A DNA stretch of 63,993 bases, counting the filler, from Sanchytrium tribonematis (taxonomy: Eukaryota): NCBI GenBank assembly GCA_018985235.1. It is 9 parts of 9 records of this genome, joined end to end, with 100 filler letters (N's around TTAATTAATTAA, not from the genome) between each part and the next. Parts side by side here need not be neighbours in the genome. Positions count along the whole stretch, not along the records: positions 29,537 to 55,078 come from JADGIG010000066.1; positions 55,179 to 59,974 come from JADGIG010000678.1; 7 more parts are not named here. One strand, written 5' to 3'. The position numbers and the translations under genes were made by a program. Shown here one piece after another: positions 46,909 to 58,089 of this stretch. Each line of letters opens with the position of its first letter. Position 1 is the stretch's first letter. The notes beneath the pieces were generated by a model. It searched no databases. It was not told the origin of the DNA and worked only from the letters and a program-made list of their open reading frames with translations.

Positions 46909-47190
46909 ATGGACATAGTTATACCCATTGCAATATCAATTGTATGCGTGGTCATACTTGTGATTTCGATGGCATTAATCTACGCCTTTTACAATCGTAA
47001 AAAAGACCGAATCAATGAGGACATGGCAAAATCCGGAAAATATTCATTACACATGACTTCCTCAAATTGGCATCTTTTGGGAAATTCTAAAATAGCCAAA
47101 AAAATAAGCCTTCCTGTTCTTGTATCTTCAGGCGTGGAAACTGACTCCAGTTACGATATTCTTGAATATTATAGTAAAGAATTTGATTGA
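46909..47190 (+). CDS. Small single-pass membrane protein
   Basis: Hydrophobic stretch followed by RKK. Confidence 0.45.
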   Translation: MDIVIPIAISIVCVVILVISMALIYAFYNRKKDRINEDMAKSGKYSLHMTSSNWHLLGNSKIAKKISLPVLVSSGVETDSSYDILEYYSKEFD

Positions 47191-47210
47191 AATTTTATTT
47201 CATAATTTAC

Positions 47211-47753
47211 TCATTCTACCAATACTCTCTGTCCAGCTATTTCTAAAAATTTATATTTGAGCATTCTGTTATTTTCGAATTCACCTTCTACTTCGCCGTC
47301 TTCCCTTAAAATCCGCACACTGCCTTGAATGACACCTTCGTTCCAAAGGCCTTTTACTAACAATTTAGTCTCGAAAGAGAAATACTCACCAACGCCTTGT
47401 TTCTTTGATTGAAAGTAACCACCTTTATAATAATCCTGATTAGTATACGTAAATGTGCCTTGTCCTTGGCGCTCATTGTCAAACCATTCACCCTCATATA
47501 TACTCCCATCAAAGTATGTCATTTTGCCCTTTCCATGCTTTTTGCCATTTTTGTATTCTCCTTCATAGATTGCCCCTGTTTTTCCTACAGACTGATTAAA
47601 ATATTGGTATATTCCAAACCCATCTCTTTTTCCAGCAGCAAAATTGCCATCATATATATCCCCATTAGTGTAAATTGCCTTGCCTTGCCCTTCTCTTTCA
47701 TATTTCTCATTTCTTGCTCCTTCGTAGGAACCAAGATTTGGGAGGTCACTCAT
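47211..47753 (-). CDS. RSPH1: MORN-repeat protein, radial spoke head 1-like
   Basis: LGSYEGARNE...GQGKA...NGD.Y.G followed by several MORN repeats; ATG at 47753. Confidence 0.65.
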   Translation of the reverse strand: MSDLPNLGSYEGARNEKYEREGQGKAIYTNGDIYDGNFAAGKRDGFGIYQYFNQSVGKTGAIYEGEYKNGKKHGKGKMTYFDGSIYEGEWFDNERQGQGTFTYTNQDYYKGGYFQSKKQGVGEYFSFETKLLVKGLWNEGVIQGSVRILREDGEVEGEFENNRMLKYKFLEIAGQRVLVE

Positions 47754-47787
47754 TTTGGCCCTTAAAATTCTGAACAAAATTATTTTA

Positions 47788-48027
47788 TTAAATTGATTTG
47801 TCTGAATTATTAATTCTTTTAACAAAAAAAGATGAAGTTTTGACATAATTGACAGCATAATCTAAGCAAAAGTCACCACATTCCAGAAATCCTTCCAAAA
47901 TTTTCCTCAATCCTCCGATTTTTATGACGCTCATATCAAATCTATAACCACTGGTTCTTTGGATACCAGCAATCGCTGTCGAAAATAAAATAGTATGGGA
48001 AGCGAAAGAGATCAAACCACGAAACAT
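47788..48027 (-). CDS. Small conserved fungal protein (DUF1748-like)
   Basis: LFSTAIAGIQRTSGY...FLECGD...D...S.FFV. Confidence 0.6.
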   Translation of the reverse strand: MFRGLISFASHTILFSTAIAGIQRTSGYRFDMSVIKIGGLRKILEGFLECGDFCLDYAVNYVKTSSFFVKRINNSDKSI

Positions 48028-48140
48028 TCGGCACGCTTAGGAAACGAGGGACAAACTATTCATCCGTACAAAAGCAGAAAACTTTGGAAAATGATCAATT
48101 TCAGTACAAAAATAACAGCACAAGACATTTATTTATAAAG

Positions 48141-48575
48141 TTAACCAGAAGACGTAATTGTTCGGACTAAATCATGATAATTAACTGTTCCGTCCTTTTG
48201 AACATCCACAAGTTTTAGAAGTTCTTCAAATTCTTCTTCGCTAAGTTTTTCACCTAAATTTGTTAATACATATCTCAATTCAGCAACAGTAATAAATCCA
48301 TTATTTTCACGGTCAAATACCTGAAACCCTCTCACAAATTGTTCATATGTGCCCGGGAGATCAAACCCACCTTGTCTTTGAATAATAGTTAATACTTGAT
48401 CAAATGATAATTTTGAAGTATCACTAGCCAACTCCTTCACTTGAGCCTCAGTTGGATTCTGTCCTACAGCCCTTAAGACATTTCCTAGAGATATGGATGG
48501 AATAAATCCTTTACCTTCCTTATCGTATAGAGAAAAAGCCTCTTTCCATTCAGTAATCTGCTCTTCAGTAGCCAT
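48141..48575 (-). CDS. Myosin essential light chain (Cdc4/Mlc1-like EF-hand protein)
   Basis: KEAFSLYDK, LRAVGQNPTEA, FVRGFQVFD, ELRYVLTNLGEKL. Confidence 0.88.
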   Translation of the reverse strand: MATEEQITEWKEAFSLYDKEGKGFIPSISLGNVLRAVGQNPTEAQVKELASDTSKLSFDQVLTIIQRQGGFDLPGTYEQFVRGFQVFDRENNGFITVAELRYVLTNLGEKLSEEEFEELLKLVDVQKDGTVNYHDLVRTITSSG

Positions 48576-48698
48576 CTGTTTCAAAAAATCTTAAAGGTTC
48601 CAATGAAATATTTTTTTGTCGCGACGTCCTAATTTACGTCTCTCTTCATGTGATCTTATGGATGGTACAGAATAGAAATTTGGGTATTAAGGTTTATC

Positions 48699-49372
48699 AT
48701 GAAATCAGACTGTTGACCTTATAAAACACAGGGATGCGCATCGAGAAAGAATTTCAATTTCCTTTAGAAGAGTTTTGCATCCCAAATCATTACAAGGATG
48801 ATGTCGAATCCGTTTTAATTCCACATGGGCTCATACAAGATAAAGTTGAAAAGTTGGCAGAAATTATTGTGAAAGAAACTAAAGACGCCAGTCTGGTTGC
48901 CTGTTGCATTCTCAAAGGGGCACATTTGTTCTACTCAGATTTACTCAATGCTATAAAAAGAAAGAGAAGAGTTGTTGATGCTAAATTGGAACAATTACCA
49001 CTTCAATTAGAATTCATTAGAGTGAAAAGTTATCACAATGCGGAATCCACTGGCAAAGTGGAGATTCAAGGAATCAATATGGAAGGACTCAAAGACAAAC
49101 ATGTTTTATTGGTGGAAGACATAGTAGATACCGGAAACACAATGAAAAATTTGTTGCAGGAAATCTCAAAATTTAGTCCAAAGTCTGTAAAAGTGGTTAG
49201 TTTGTTGGTCAAACGAACACCATTAAGTAATGGATATACACCTGATTATTATGGATTTTCAATACCAGACACATTTTGTGTAGGATATTGCCTGGATTAT
49301 AATGAATATTTTCGAGATTTGGATCATATTTGTGCGATTAGTAAAGTAGGAATGGAAAAATACAAGCAATAA
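48699..49372 (+). CDS. HPRT: Hypoxanthine-guanine phosphoribosyltransferase; possible 13-nt first exon and 20-nt intron 48712-48731
   Basis: CILKG, IRVKSY, VLLVEDIVDTGNT, VGYCLDYNEYFRDL; tentative intron GTTGACCTTATAAAACACAG gives MKSDW-MRIE, otherwise the start is 48734. Confidence 0.9.
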
Positions 49373-49378
49373 AACATT

Positions 49379-50110
49379 TCAATTGGTTTTCTTGTAGCGA
49401 ATGGCGCCTTCTTTCCTTCCCAAAATTTTATCCATTATAGAGGACTCAAACATTAAATTCTGTATAAATGTCCAAGTAGTCGACGTACACCAAAAAATTA
49501 CGACTGATTCGGGGAGTAAAGTAGCTATGGGAACAGTCAAAGCAGAAAGTCCACCAAGTAGGTATTTAATTTTAAAATTAGGAACTGGGTAAATGTAGCT
49601 ATTCAATACCTGCAACAAGCCTAGATACATAGCGAGTGAAACGAATCCGGTTTGATTTAGATCCCACAATTGTAAAGTATTATCCAAATTTACATCAATC
49701 CAATTTGGAATCCAACCATTTAAACCAGACATCTTTCGAAGACTCAGAGAAGCATACATCCAAAATGGTATTTGAGCTAACGGTGATAGAAGTTTTGAAT
49801 ATACCGAGAAGGAGCTGGAGATCCCGTGTCTTTCATAAATAAAAACTTTTGCCATGTCAATTTCGCGCTTGATGTGCGACATTTGAGGACTGGATTTCCC
49901 ATGGAATCGTGCTTTGAGTATTTCTGTTTTAGCTACACTAGAATTTAGCGCTTTGAGTAAGCTATTCATGGACCCCAGCTTTCTTTTGATTTTGGCAGAT
50001 CGAATGTACAATGGAATCATCATCAATTTAAATCCCGCAGTCCATATTATTATACTAACTCTATCGCTTTTAGTATATTCCGTGATTCTACCATGTAGGC
50101 TGGAAAGCAT
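49379..50110 (-). CDS. Oxa1/Cox18-family mitochondrial insertase
   Basis: QIPFW...S.SLR.M, LP.SV.IFW.TS...FIQN. Confidence 0.65.
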   Translation of the reverse strand: MLSSLHGRITEYTKSDRVSIIIWTAGFKLMMIPLYIRSAKIKRKLGSMNSLLKALNSSVAKTEILKARFHGKSSPQMSHIKREIDMAKVFIYERHGISSSFSVYSKLLSPLAQIPFWMYASLSLRKMSGLNGWIPNWIDVNLDNTLQLWDLNQTGFVSLAMYLGLLQVLNSYIYPVPNFKIKYLLGGLSALTVPIATLLPESVVIFWCTSTTWTFIQNLMFESSIMDKILGRKEGAIRYKKTN

Positions 50111-50139
50111 TTCTTTATGTTTTCCCCTCTAACAATTTA

Positions 50140-50589
50140 ATGAAAGTACCATCTTTCCCAGCAATCAAAGACGAATATTGTATATTGACTGCTTTTCAGA
50201 ATCATGTTAATAGAGGACATGGTGCAGAACCTAAAATCAAAATGCGATGCATTAAAAGAGACTTGGAAAAATTTTACAAAAGAGAAAACCCTTGGAATCT
50301 CTTGGATGGTTATTATTATGAGGAATATGTTGGAAGAGATAGTTCTTATAACCATTTAGACTCGATGTCTAAGCCGCTGATCACAAATGAAATCGATTTA
50401 GGTAAGCAAGTCAGCCAACGGATATCCAAATTTAAAGAAACCTTAACTAGGCTTTGGTCTCCTGGTATAAGGTTGACAAAAGAAATCACAACTTTTCAAG
50501 TTAACTATGCGCCTCTCATCGAACAATCTGATAAGGCTCAAGGTATTTGGTCAAAATTGTATGACTTTTGGTTTAAATCAGCGAAATAA
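50140..50589 (+). CDS. Hypothetical protein (149 aa)
   Basis: ATG-initiated ORF filling the gap, with stop inside AATAAA like neighbouring genes. Confidence 0.5.
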   Translation: MKVPSFPAIKDEYCILTAFQNHVNRGHGAEPKIKMRCIKRDLEKFYKRENPWNLLDGYYYEEYVGRDSSYNHLDSMSKPLITNEIDLGKQVSQRISKFKETLTRLWSPGIRLTKEITTFQVNYAPLIEQSDKAQGIWSKLYDFWFKSAK

Positions 50590-50616
50590 AATTTGCAATA
50601 TTTTTCGAAACAATCA

Positions 50617-51828
50617 ATGAATGCAATCCAGGGACTGCTCTCAACCCAGCCGGAGTTGCTCTTGGCCATAGATAAACCAACTTATACGAAAGAAAAATTA
50701 GACATTAAACAATCAAGTATAATAAAAGGGCCTTCTAGTGAATATAATGTCCATTTAAAAGGAAAAATAGTTATTAGAGTTAAACATGGTAAACAGTTAC
50801 AGCATAATGGCATAGACATTCAATTCGTTAATGCCATTGAAAACGATTTTGATAAAAGTTGTAATTTAATTTTAAATTCAGTGGGTATGCAATTGGAACC
50901 TACAAACCCATTAGACAATAATCACAAACCAATAGTTGGAGGAAGTGTCATTCCATTCGAATTCATACTACCAATCACATACGATTCTTATGTTGGTGGT
51001 CGAGTGAAAATACTTTATTACATTGAATGTACCATTAAAAAAACACTTAATAATACCATAGCAAAAGAATTTGTGAATATTCAGCCAGATTTTTTCTTAA
51101 AACCGATACCACCTACCAGACCAATCCACTTGGAAGTTGGAATAGAAGATGTGTTGCATTTGGAACTTTCTTGTCGTAATAGTACATTTAATTTGAATGG
51201 TTCTATAGTGGGTATTCTGTCTTTTATATTAGTCCGTATTAAAATTAAGACAATCGAATTACAAATACTTCGTAAGGAGGCTGTTGGTTCATTTTCTACC
51301 ACAAATGCGTTTGACCAGCAGATCGTAGCAAGTTATCAAGTTGTTGATGGCCCTGTTAGCAAAGGAGATACAGTACCAATACGGTGTTTTCTGGCAGCTT
51401 TGGATTTGAGTCCATCGTTTAAGGATGTAGAAAAACGAATCTCTATCAGATACTTTTTAAATTTAGTTCTAGTCGATGAGGAAAATAGAAGATATTTTAA
51501 ACAGCAGGAAATCGATTTATATAGAGAAATACCCGGAAAAGAAACCATTGTGATGCCATCTCCATCTCCTTTATTGCTTCCTGATACCCCAACTTCAGAT
51601 ATCTTATCTTCACCAAAATCATCTAGACAAGAACCACTGGTAGTTGAATCTGAACAGGGATCTAGTGAGGTTGTACCAAAGTCTGATATCAACGAGGAAC
51701 CCCAAGTGGTCGAAAGTCCAAAACAATTTCCAGAATCTAACCAGACTATTCATGATTCCTCTTCATCAAATACAGATCATGAGGAAAACGCGGATCCTCT
51801 TTTTCAAAGTCACAGCGTCTGGCAATAA
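50617..51828 (+). CDS. VPS26: Retromer subunit Vps26
   Basis: HNGI.IQF, YDSY.G, EVGIED.LH.E, IPIR.FL, RYFLNLVLVDEENRRYFKQQEI. Confidence 0.92.
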   Translation: MNAIQGLLSTQPELLLAIDKPTYTKEKLDIKQSSIIKGPSSEYNVHLKGKIVIRVKHGKQLQHNGIDIQFVNAIENDFDKSCNLILNSVGMQLEPTNPLDNNHKPIVGGSVIPFEFILPITYDSYVGGRVKILYYIECTIKKTLNNTIAKEFVNIQPDFFLKPIPPTRPIHLEVGIEDVLHLELSCRNSTFNLNGSIVGILSFILVRIKIKTIELQILRKEAVGSFSTTNAFDQQIVASYQVVDGPVSKGDTVPIRCFLAALDLSPSFKDVEKRISIRYFLNLVLVDEENRRYFKQQEIDLYREIPGKETIVMPSPSPLLLPDTPTSDILSSPKSSRQEPLVVESEQGSSEVVPKSDINEEPQVVESPKQFPESNQTIHDSSSSNTDHEENADPLFQSHSVWQ

Positions 51829-51835
51829 ACTCAAT

Positions 51836-52537
51836 TTAAAAATCCAAATCATTATCAAGGTCTAGGTCATCTGATTCATCAAAATCGTCGAATTCGTCAG
51901 GAACATAATTTATCGCACCTTTTTCTTGTTGATGAGCCAAAACCACTTTTTCCTTTGCATCTTTTTCTTGTTCGGTCAACTTTAGATTAAACGTAAGTTG
52001 ATCTAACATTCGATCTTCTTTTGACTCAATTTTGTCCAATTTCTTCTGAAAAGAGAGCAAGCTTTGAATCTTTTTGTTCTTGATGTCAACAATTTGACTA
52101 GTTTTGCCATTATAGTAGTAAGTCTCGATGACAAACTTTTCTGCAGTCCTCGTGTCTAAGAATCTTTCCAATGGGTCTCTAGAGACCAACCTAGACACAG
52201 CGCTATTAGCGTCATCATAATCTCTTAACGTGCAAATATTCATATAGGCGGCTCCAAATTTGGTAAATTTGTTCTTGTAAAATTGAATCACTTTTTCATC
52301 ATGTAAAAGTAGACTCATCTTAACAGCAAACTTGAAAGATTTATCTAAATAGATATCTTGTGCGATATTTTCAAATTCAGCTTTGTTCAAATCAATTATA
52401 TTCATCATCCCCAATTTGTGTTCACTCTGTTGATTAATGTCTGAATTGAAAATTAATGACAATAAGTCTGTTGTCAAAGAACAGGTGTTGTATGTTATAA
52501 AATAGTGTTTTGGCTTTTGGATGGTTAAGATAGGCAT
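51836..52537 (-). CDS. ELP5: Elongator subunit 5-like protein
   Basis: C-terminal TFNLKLT..EK.AKE.VVL.H...I.Y.PD..DDFDE.D..D.DLDF. Confidence 0.7.
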   Translation of the reverse strand: MPILTIQKPKHYFITYNTCSLTTDLLSLIFNSDINQQSEHKLGMMNIIDLNKAEFENIAQDIYLDKSFKFAVKMSLLLHDEKVIQFYKNKFTKFGAAYMNICTLRDYDDANSAVSRLVSRDPLERFLDTRTAEKFVIETYYYNGKTSQIVDIKNKKIQSLLSFQKKLDKIESKEDRMLDQLTFNLKLTEQEKDAKEKVVLAHQQEKGAINYVPDEFDDFDESDDLDLDNDLDF

Positions 52538-52657
52538 TTGTTAAAAGGAGTTGCGCAATAGATTTCGCAAAAGATTAAATGATTGGCCAAATGAAAATCA
52601 GACAGTAAATCACATGAGCTGATCACAACTATTTTGATTCAATGACCTGCCAGGAGT

Positions 52658-54484
52658 ATGCTCATTGATGTGCTGCAGCTTGCTACCTTTCATTGTATTT
52701 ATTTTAGCGTTAATAGCAGCACGCCAATGAATTTTCAAGAAAGGGCCGTTGTCAATTTACACACACTGCAAGAAGAAAAGGCAGACTCATTACCTTCTAT
52801 TGGAGGTCGGGTTTTTGGATGTTTTCTGCCTCAAGATTCTCATGATGTAATAATTATGCAAAACAGCACTGACAAAGTGGCTGTGCATATGGTTGAGCCT
52901 ATTGTAAAGCATCTCAATATACACCATGATATATATCATAAGTTTGTATCACTTTTTCATCATTCCCATGTGCAAAAGCGTGATTTGAAATCAATTTTGG
53001 CTATCCGTGAAATTATTTCTTTTATTGGCAAATTGGGACATACCTTTAATTCATATCTTCGGCATATAGCTAAAAAATTACATGTTGATAGCATTCTACG
53101 AACGATGTCTTTCTATACACATTATTTTAGTCTTGTGGTTCCTGTGGTTGAAAAAACTGTAAATATTAAACGATTCTCCGAAATCAATACGAAATCCAGT
53201 GAACATTTCAAAGGCAATCTTGACGATTCAAATCATGATATTCTATTACATGATGACTCTTTGACTATAGTAGATGGCCGTGTACAAATGATGAAGGATG
53301 TCATATTGCCTCATTTAATGAATGCGGATTTGACATCACTGCATAAGAAATATAACAATTCAGGGTTTTCACCACTTGAAAATCCTTCCTCGCTTCCTAA
53401 CAGACCGTACCTTAAAAACATAATGGAACTTTTAAGTTCATTTCAGGTGTCTGCAAGGTCAGGCAAATTGGCACTTGACAAAATCATGAATCTTACAACC
53501 GGATTGTTGCCAACATATTATCAAGACATGCTTACTTTTCTCACTGCAAGTATACCTATTATGGGTTTAAATACCTTTTTAAAGTCGCATTTCAACATTG
53601 AAAAGCCCTGCTTATTGACCTTGTTTTTAATAATAGTTTCAACTGAGGGAACATATACATTTATGGCGTATAAAGGCATGGAACCTTTTTCTACTTACGA
53701 CATAAAGTTGATCCAAAATGTAAGCGATGGTCAAGAACTTTTATATGAATGGTTGGTGGACTCATCTACTGGGCCATCTGATCCCAAGAAAGAATACGAA
53801 ATTCGAATCAAGTTGGACTGGTTCCCCAGAATGTTCAGTGCGGTAATCCAACAAATCAATTTAACAATGGGATGGTTGTTACCAGGATATTTATATTCCA
53901 TTTTATATGCTCTAGATAGCTTTTTAATAGCACTGTGTGTATTTCCTATGCCTTATAGCTTTGGTAATTCGGTCGTTGCAATTCAGAAACTTAACAATTG
54001 GAGCTTTGGATGGTGGTATCTATGGAGTTATAGCTGTGTTTCTCATTTAGCCAGGGTACCGTTGAATTTTATTGATCCTAAAAGAGAAAATTATTTACAA
54101 TCCTGGTTCCAATTTAAAGCATTGGCTATTGCAATACCACAGGCATATCTTTGCATGGGACTGGTCAAGCAACTTAAATTGCAGCTTGACATGAGTAATC
54201 CAATACATTCAACTCATTTCTACATCAATGTATTTTCATGGGCCATGGATACACTTTCCATGATGACACCTTTTAAAAAAGGATTAGATCCTTACAACTT
54301 GGCTACAACAGGAATGGTGGTGGGATATGCTGCCAGAATACACTGGATGATGAAGCATGGTTTACCAGGTGTGGTTCCATACTATAATTCATTTTATCAA
54401 ACCAATTCCACAACATTCCACATTGGATTTGAGACAAGCGGAGCTGGCGTTCATGACGTTCGGAAATTTTGGACACCTCAATAA
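52658..54484 (+). CDS. Hypothetical multi-pass membrane protein (608 aa)
   Basis: Long intact ORF with a His-rich N-half and several hydrophobic segments in the C-half; no family recognised. Confidence 0.55.
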   Translation: MLIDVLQLATFHCIYFSVNSSTPMNFQERAVVNLHTLQEEKADSLPSIGGRVFGCFLPQDSHDVIIMQNSTDKVAVHMVEPIVKHLNIHHDIYHKFVSLFHHSHVQKRDLKSILAIREIISFIGKLGHTFNSYLRHIAKKLHVDSILRTMSFYTHYFSLVVPVVEKTVNIKRFSEINTKSSEHFKGNLDDSNHDILLHDDSLTIVDGRVQMMKDVILPHLMNADLTSLHKKYNNSGFSPLENPSSLPNRPYLKNIMELLSSFQVSARSGKLALDKIMNLTTGLLPTYYQDMLTFLTASIPIMGLNTFLKSHFNIEKPCLLTLFLIIVSTEGTYTFMAYKGMEPFSTYDIKLIQNVSDGQELLYEWLVDSSTGPSDPKKEYEIRIKLDWFPRMFSAVIQQINLTMGWLLPGYLYSILYALDSFLIALCVFPMPYSFGNSVVAIQKLNNWSFGWWYLWSYSCVSHLARVPLNFIDPKRENYLQSWFQFKALAIAIPQAYLCMGLVKQLKLQLDMSNPIHSTHFYINVFSWAMDTLSMMTPFKKGLDPYNLATTGMVVGYAARIHWMMKHGLPGVVPYYNSFYQTNSTTFHIGFETSGAGVHDVRKFWTPQ

Positions 54485-54491
54485 ATCTATT

Positions 54492-55078
54492 TTATTGGTA
54501 AAAAAACGAGAGCGCAATAATAGAATAACTTGCCAAAAGCATCGCACCTTCTAACCAATTACTTTGCCCATCGCTGATAAGATAGTTCACGATTAGCACA
54601 GATGTGAAAATTACAGCCTTAGTTAATCAAAAATACAGTTTCAAAAGTGTCGAAGCAGAGAGTCATTGGCTGTTGAATAATCCAGCCCAAAACAGTCAAC
54701 ATTGGCATGGCAAAAAGTGCTATTTGCATACTGGATCCCAAAGCAATGCCCAAAGTCAAGTCCATGTGATTGTGTATTGCAAATGTTACCGCACTGTAGT
54801 GCTCTGCTGCGTTTCCTACGATTGGCAATAAAATCAAAGCTACAAAAGATTCGGGCAAATGCCATTGCTCACTAATTCCCTCAATGGAATCCACTAAATA
54901 ATCTGAGCAGATGGATACAATCAATGTAGTTGCAAATAGCAAAAATATTGCAAAAGACCGAGTAATTACGGGGTCTTCTTCCATTTCATCACCCTCAAAC
55001 ATATATCGGTGCGTCTTTAATTGAAATAATAAATATAAGCCATACATAATTAGTAAAATGACAGCCACACCTCTGCTC
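54492..55078 (-). CDS. VCX1: Vacuolar Ca2+/H+ exchanger, 3' part, two exons
   Basis: [27 protein letters not shown], then after the intron [13 protein letters not shown]; 5' truncated. Confidence 0.9.
54618..54636 (-). other. 19-nt spliceosomal intron (VCX1)
   Basis: GTATTTTTGATTAACTAAG; restores [30 protein letters not shown]. Confidence 0.92.
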
Positions 55079-55178
55079 NNNNNNNNNNNNNNNNNNNNNN
55101 NNNNNNNNNNNNNNNNNNNNNNTTAATTAATTAANNNNNNNNNNNNNNNNNNNNNNNNNNNNNNNNNNNNNNNNNNNN

Positions 55179-55635
55179 TCTTTTCTCTTTTGCCTTTGAT
55201 TTCTCTGTCAATACAAGTCAAGTCATAATTGGATGGAAAATCATACTTGAAAGGTAAGTCATTACCACATTTGAGAGTGTATTCATCTGCTTTTAATTCA
55301 AATTCTTTATCTAATACGAATTTAAACATTTCTGGCGTGGTTAATTCTAAATGAACTGGAAAGATGCCTTTGGCCAATTCAGTTCTTCTGGATGATACAC
55401 TGACTGCTAATTTCTTTGCTTCTTTCTTTCCCGTTAATGCGAATTTGAATTTGAGTGGCTTGAGATCTTTTGTAAACACGGTTTGAGTAAAAGATTTACC
55501 ATCAATGACTGGCTCAATGATTTCATAATCATTCACATCATTGGATTTGATCACATGGCATGTGGATCTCAGATAATTAACTTGCTTGTTACAGATGCCA
55601 ATGCAGTTTGCAAATAGAGGTAATTGAAACAACAT
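55179..55635 (-). CDS. Secreted hypothetical protein, 3' truncated
   Basis: MLFQLPLFA signal-like start; frame open to the contig edge. Confidence 0.55.
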
Positions 55636-55764
55636 GAAGAGAAATGGATACTGGCTATTTAAATGCACTCATGGTGTCATTTTGGCGCAATTTGGATGTG
55701 AAATGGCAATTAAATGATGCCATATGAGGTTTATTTGGCTAATATTGCGCATAAATGATCTAAT

Positions 55765-56778
55765 TTATTCAAAGGAACCAATATGCTCTGATTTCTCATC
55801 TAAATGCATCACAATATGACTGATACAAATTAATGAATTCACCATTAAATTCATACCATAGCCACGACACATTTTAACCCATATTTTAAATTTCTGCCAA
55901 ATTGAAATGGGTGCTGTTCCAAAACATGTTTCATCATACAAAGTTTGTAATCCATTTCTAATGCCTAATGGCTGTGATAATGGGATTCTAGTGGGATATG
56001 GATGCTCTGATTTGGCTAATTGTCTTCTATAAACTGTTTCTAATGGTAATTCAATGAGCATTCCAAAACAATTTAAAGCATATTCTATTAAAGAGAATCG
56101 AATTGGAGCTGATAATGGATTGTAAAATAGCATACCAATGTTGTAGGATAGTTTATGCATGGTAAATGAAGTTGTGTGATATAATAAATGGGATTTAAAT
56201 GGTAAATTGCGATAATTTAATAATTGAAGACTTTGAGTGGTTGTTTTGTAGGTGGGTGAGTTGGGATGTTGTGCAATTTGACGAGCATTTAATGCTTCTA
56301 ATGGCAGTGTGACTAGAGATGTGGCTAAATAACTTGTTAATTTGATAAAAGTCATTGGGATAGAAACATCAAATTCATCGATTCCCAAATATTCAGCAAT
56401 TAAAGACTCTAATAATGGTCTCAATAAAGCATCTATTACTGATATATAATAGAAACTAGTGTGTCCAGAATAGAGCGAAGTGGGAGAATGGTCTTTCATT
56501 TGCTGGTGAACTGTTTTAATGATGCTTTCGTGATATGGGGTGTATGCATACCCATCTGCATCTCTTTTCACTGTTTTGACTTGTGGTTTAATTTGTTTTT
56601 CATGCAAATAAGTATCTAAATCGATATGGCGAGGTAATTTCGGAGATATAGGCAAAGGACGATAATTGAGTTGCATTAATAATTTAGATAGATGGAATGG
56701 ATGTAATATGATTGTATTTAGATATTTAAATGCCAACAAGTAAGATAATTCGTATTCTGCAGAAACGCGCGTATCCAT
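55765..56778 (-). CDS. Ugo1/SLC25A46-like mitochondrial carrier-related fusion protein
   Basis: HPF...K.L.Q..Y.P, D.DGY, LPLE..ARQIAQ and LPLETV.RR carrier-like motifs. Confidence 0.7.
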   Translation of the reverse strand: MDTRVSAEYELSYLLAFKYLNTIILHPFHLSKLLMQLNYRPLPISPKLPRHIDLDTYLHEKQIKPQVKTVKRDADGYAYTPYHESIIKTVHQQMKDHSPTSLYSGHTSFYYISVIDALLRPLLESLIAEYLGIDEFDVSIPMTFIKLTSYLATSLVTLPLEALNARQIAQHPNSPTYKTTTQSLQLLNYRNLPFKSHLLYHTTSFTMHKLSYNIGMLFYNPLSAPIRFSLIEYALNCFGMLIELPLETVYRRQLAKSEHPYPTRIPLSQPLGIRNGLQTLYDETCFGTAPISIWQKFKIWVKMCRGYGMNLMVNSLICISHIVMHLDEKSEHIGSFE

Positions 56779-56901
56779 TTAAAATTGCAGATTTGTAAGA
56801 AACAATGGGGAAATCTAAAAATTATTAACAGTAAAAAATCAGTTAAGGAGATGCTTCAATAAATAGAATCAAGCAAAATTAAAAACATCATTATAGAGCA
56901 T

Positions 56902-57288
56902 TTATTGTTTTCCAAATCCTTTGAATTCTGGTTTAAATTCACCATCATCTTTCTCTCTCTTTTCAGATTGAGGTGCTTGGCCTGCTTGAGCTGCTCTGAC
57001 AGATGCTTTAAGTGTATTTGGGCTAACATCTTCTGGTAAATGTAAATATTCTCTCAAATATTCAATTCCCTCATCTGTTAGGACATAATAGTAATATTGC
57101 CAACTAAATTGAGTTCTGACATATCCACGACTATCTAAACTTTGAAGTGCTTTGATGACTTCCAAATTGCGGACATCCAATTGCATATGTTTCTTTGCAT
57201 TGTAATCTTTCTTTGCTACTAAAACGCCTTCTCTGAATAAGTATTCGTAAATAGTCTTTCTGTTTTCTTTTCTAATAAACATACCCAT
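56902..57288 (-). CDS. RPS10: 40S ribosomal protein eS10
   Basis: IYEYLFREGVLVAKKD, NLEVIKALQSL.SRGYV.TQFSWQYYYY.LT.EGIEYLREYLHLP. Confidence 0.97.
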   Translation of the reverse strand: MGMFIRKENRKTIYEYLFREGVLVAKKDYNAKKHMQLDVRNLEVIKALQSLDSRGYVRTQFSWQYYYYVLTDEGIEYLREYLHLPEDVSPNTLKASVRAAQAGQAPQSEKREKDDGEFKPEFKGFGKQ

Positions 57289-58089
57289 CTTGTTTTATTA
57301 AAGTGTTTGGTTCGAGAACGATGATCAGTTTTGACACATGAGATGAAGTTGCAAAAACACGTTATTGCAGCCAATCAGAGGGTGAAACATGATTCCAAAT
57401 TTTAAATTCATTTTATTTTCATGATTTATTTGTGCATTGAATTGCTTCATAGTATTATTAAATGCAATCATATGAACATATCTTTAAATACATAGTGTGC
57501 ATCCATAAATTCAAAATTTCATAACTCATAGTTTTACCTTTGCTTGAATCCACTTGAATTTATAATAGCAAATCCAAAGTACTCCATGAGATCATTTATT
57601 GAAGATTTTTGATTAATTTGTATAGAAAGAGCTTAAAATAAATGAAAAAATTATTCTTTACATTAGATTGAGAATTGAGGCCGTTGTTAAAATTGTCAGT
57701 AATAGTTGTTTATTGAAATGCTGCGTTTTCCCTTATATTGATGGTCTTATATTTTACCATGAATATTCTTCTTCCTTTGAAATATGGTTGACAAAATGAC
57801 GAATTTGAATAAAAAATCCTATGGTGTTCCAATTATTTTTAATTGCATAAAGCGGATTATCGATAAAAAAACCAAATCAGTATAGTGTTCAATGGCCTTG
57901 CGACCCACACTTTCAGGGTTTGGTAGTCTTTTAACCCATAAATACAATTCTTAGCAGGGTATTGATTCAATGACCCACCTTTGAATTTTTATTTTGCTCT
58001 CACCAAAAACCTCCTCTGTCTAAAATTATCGTACTATTGATGGAATATTTATTGTAATTTTTAAAAATTTCCTCATATCATGATTAATT

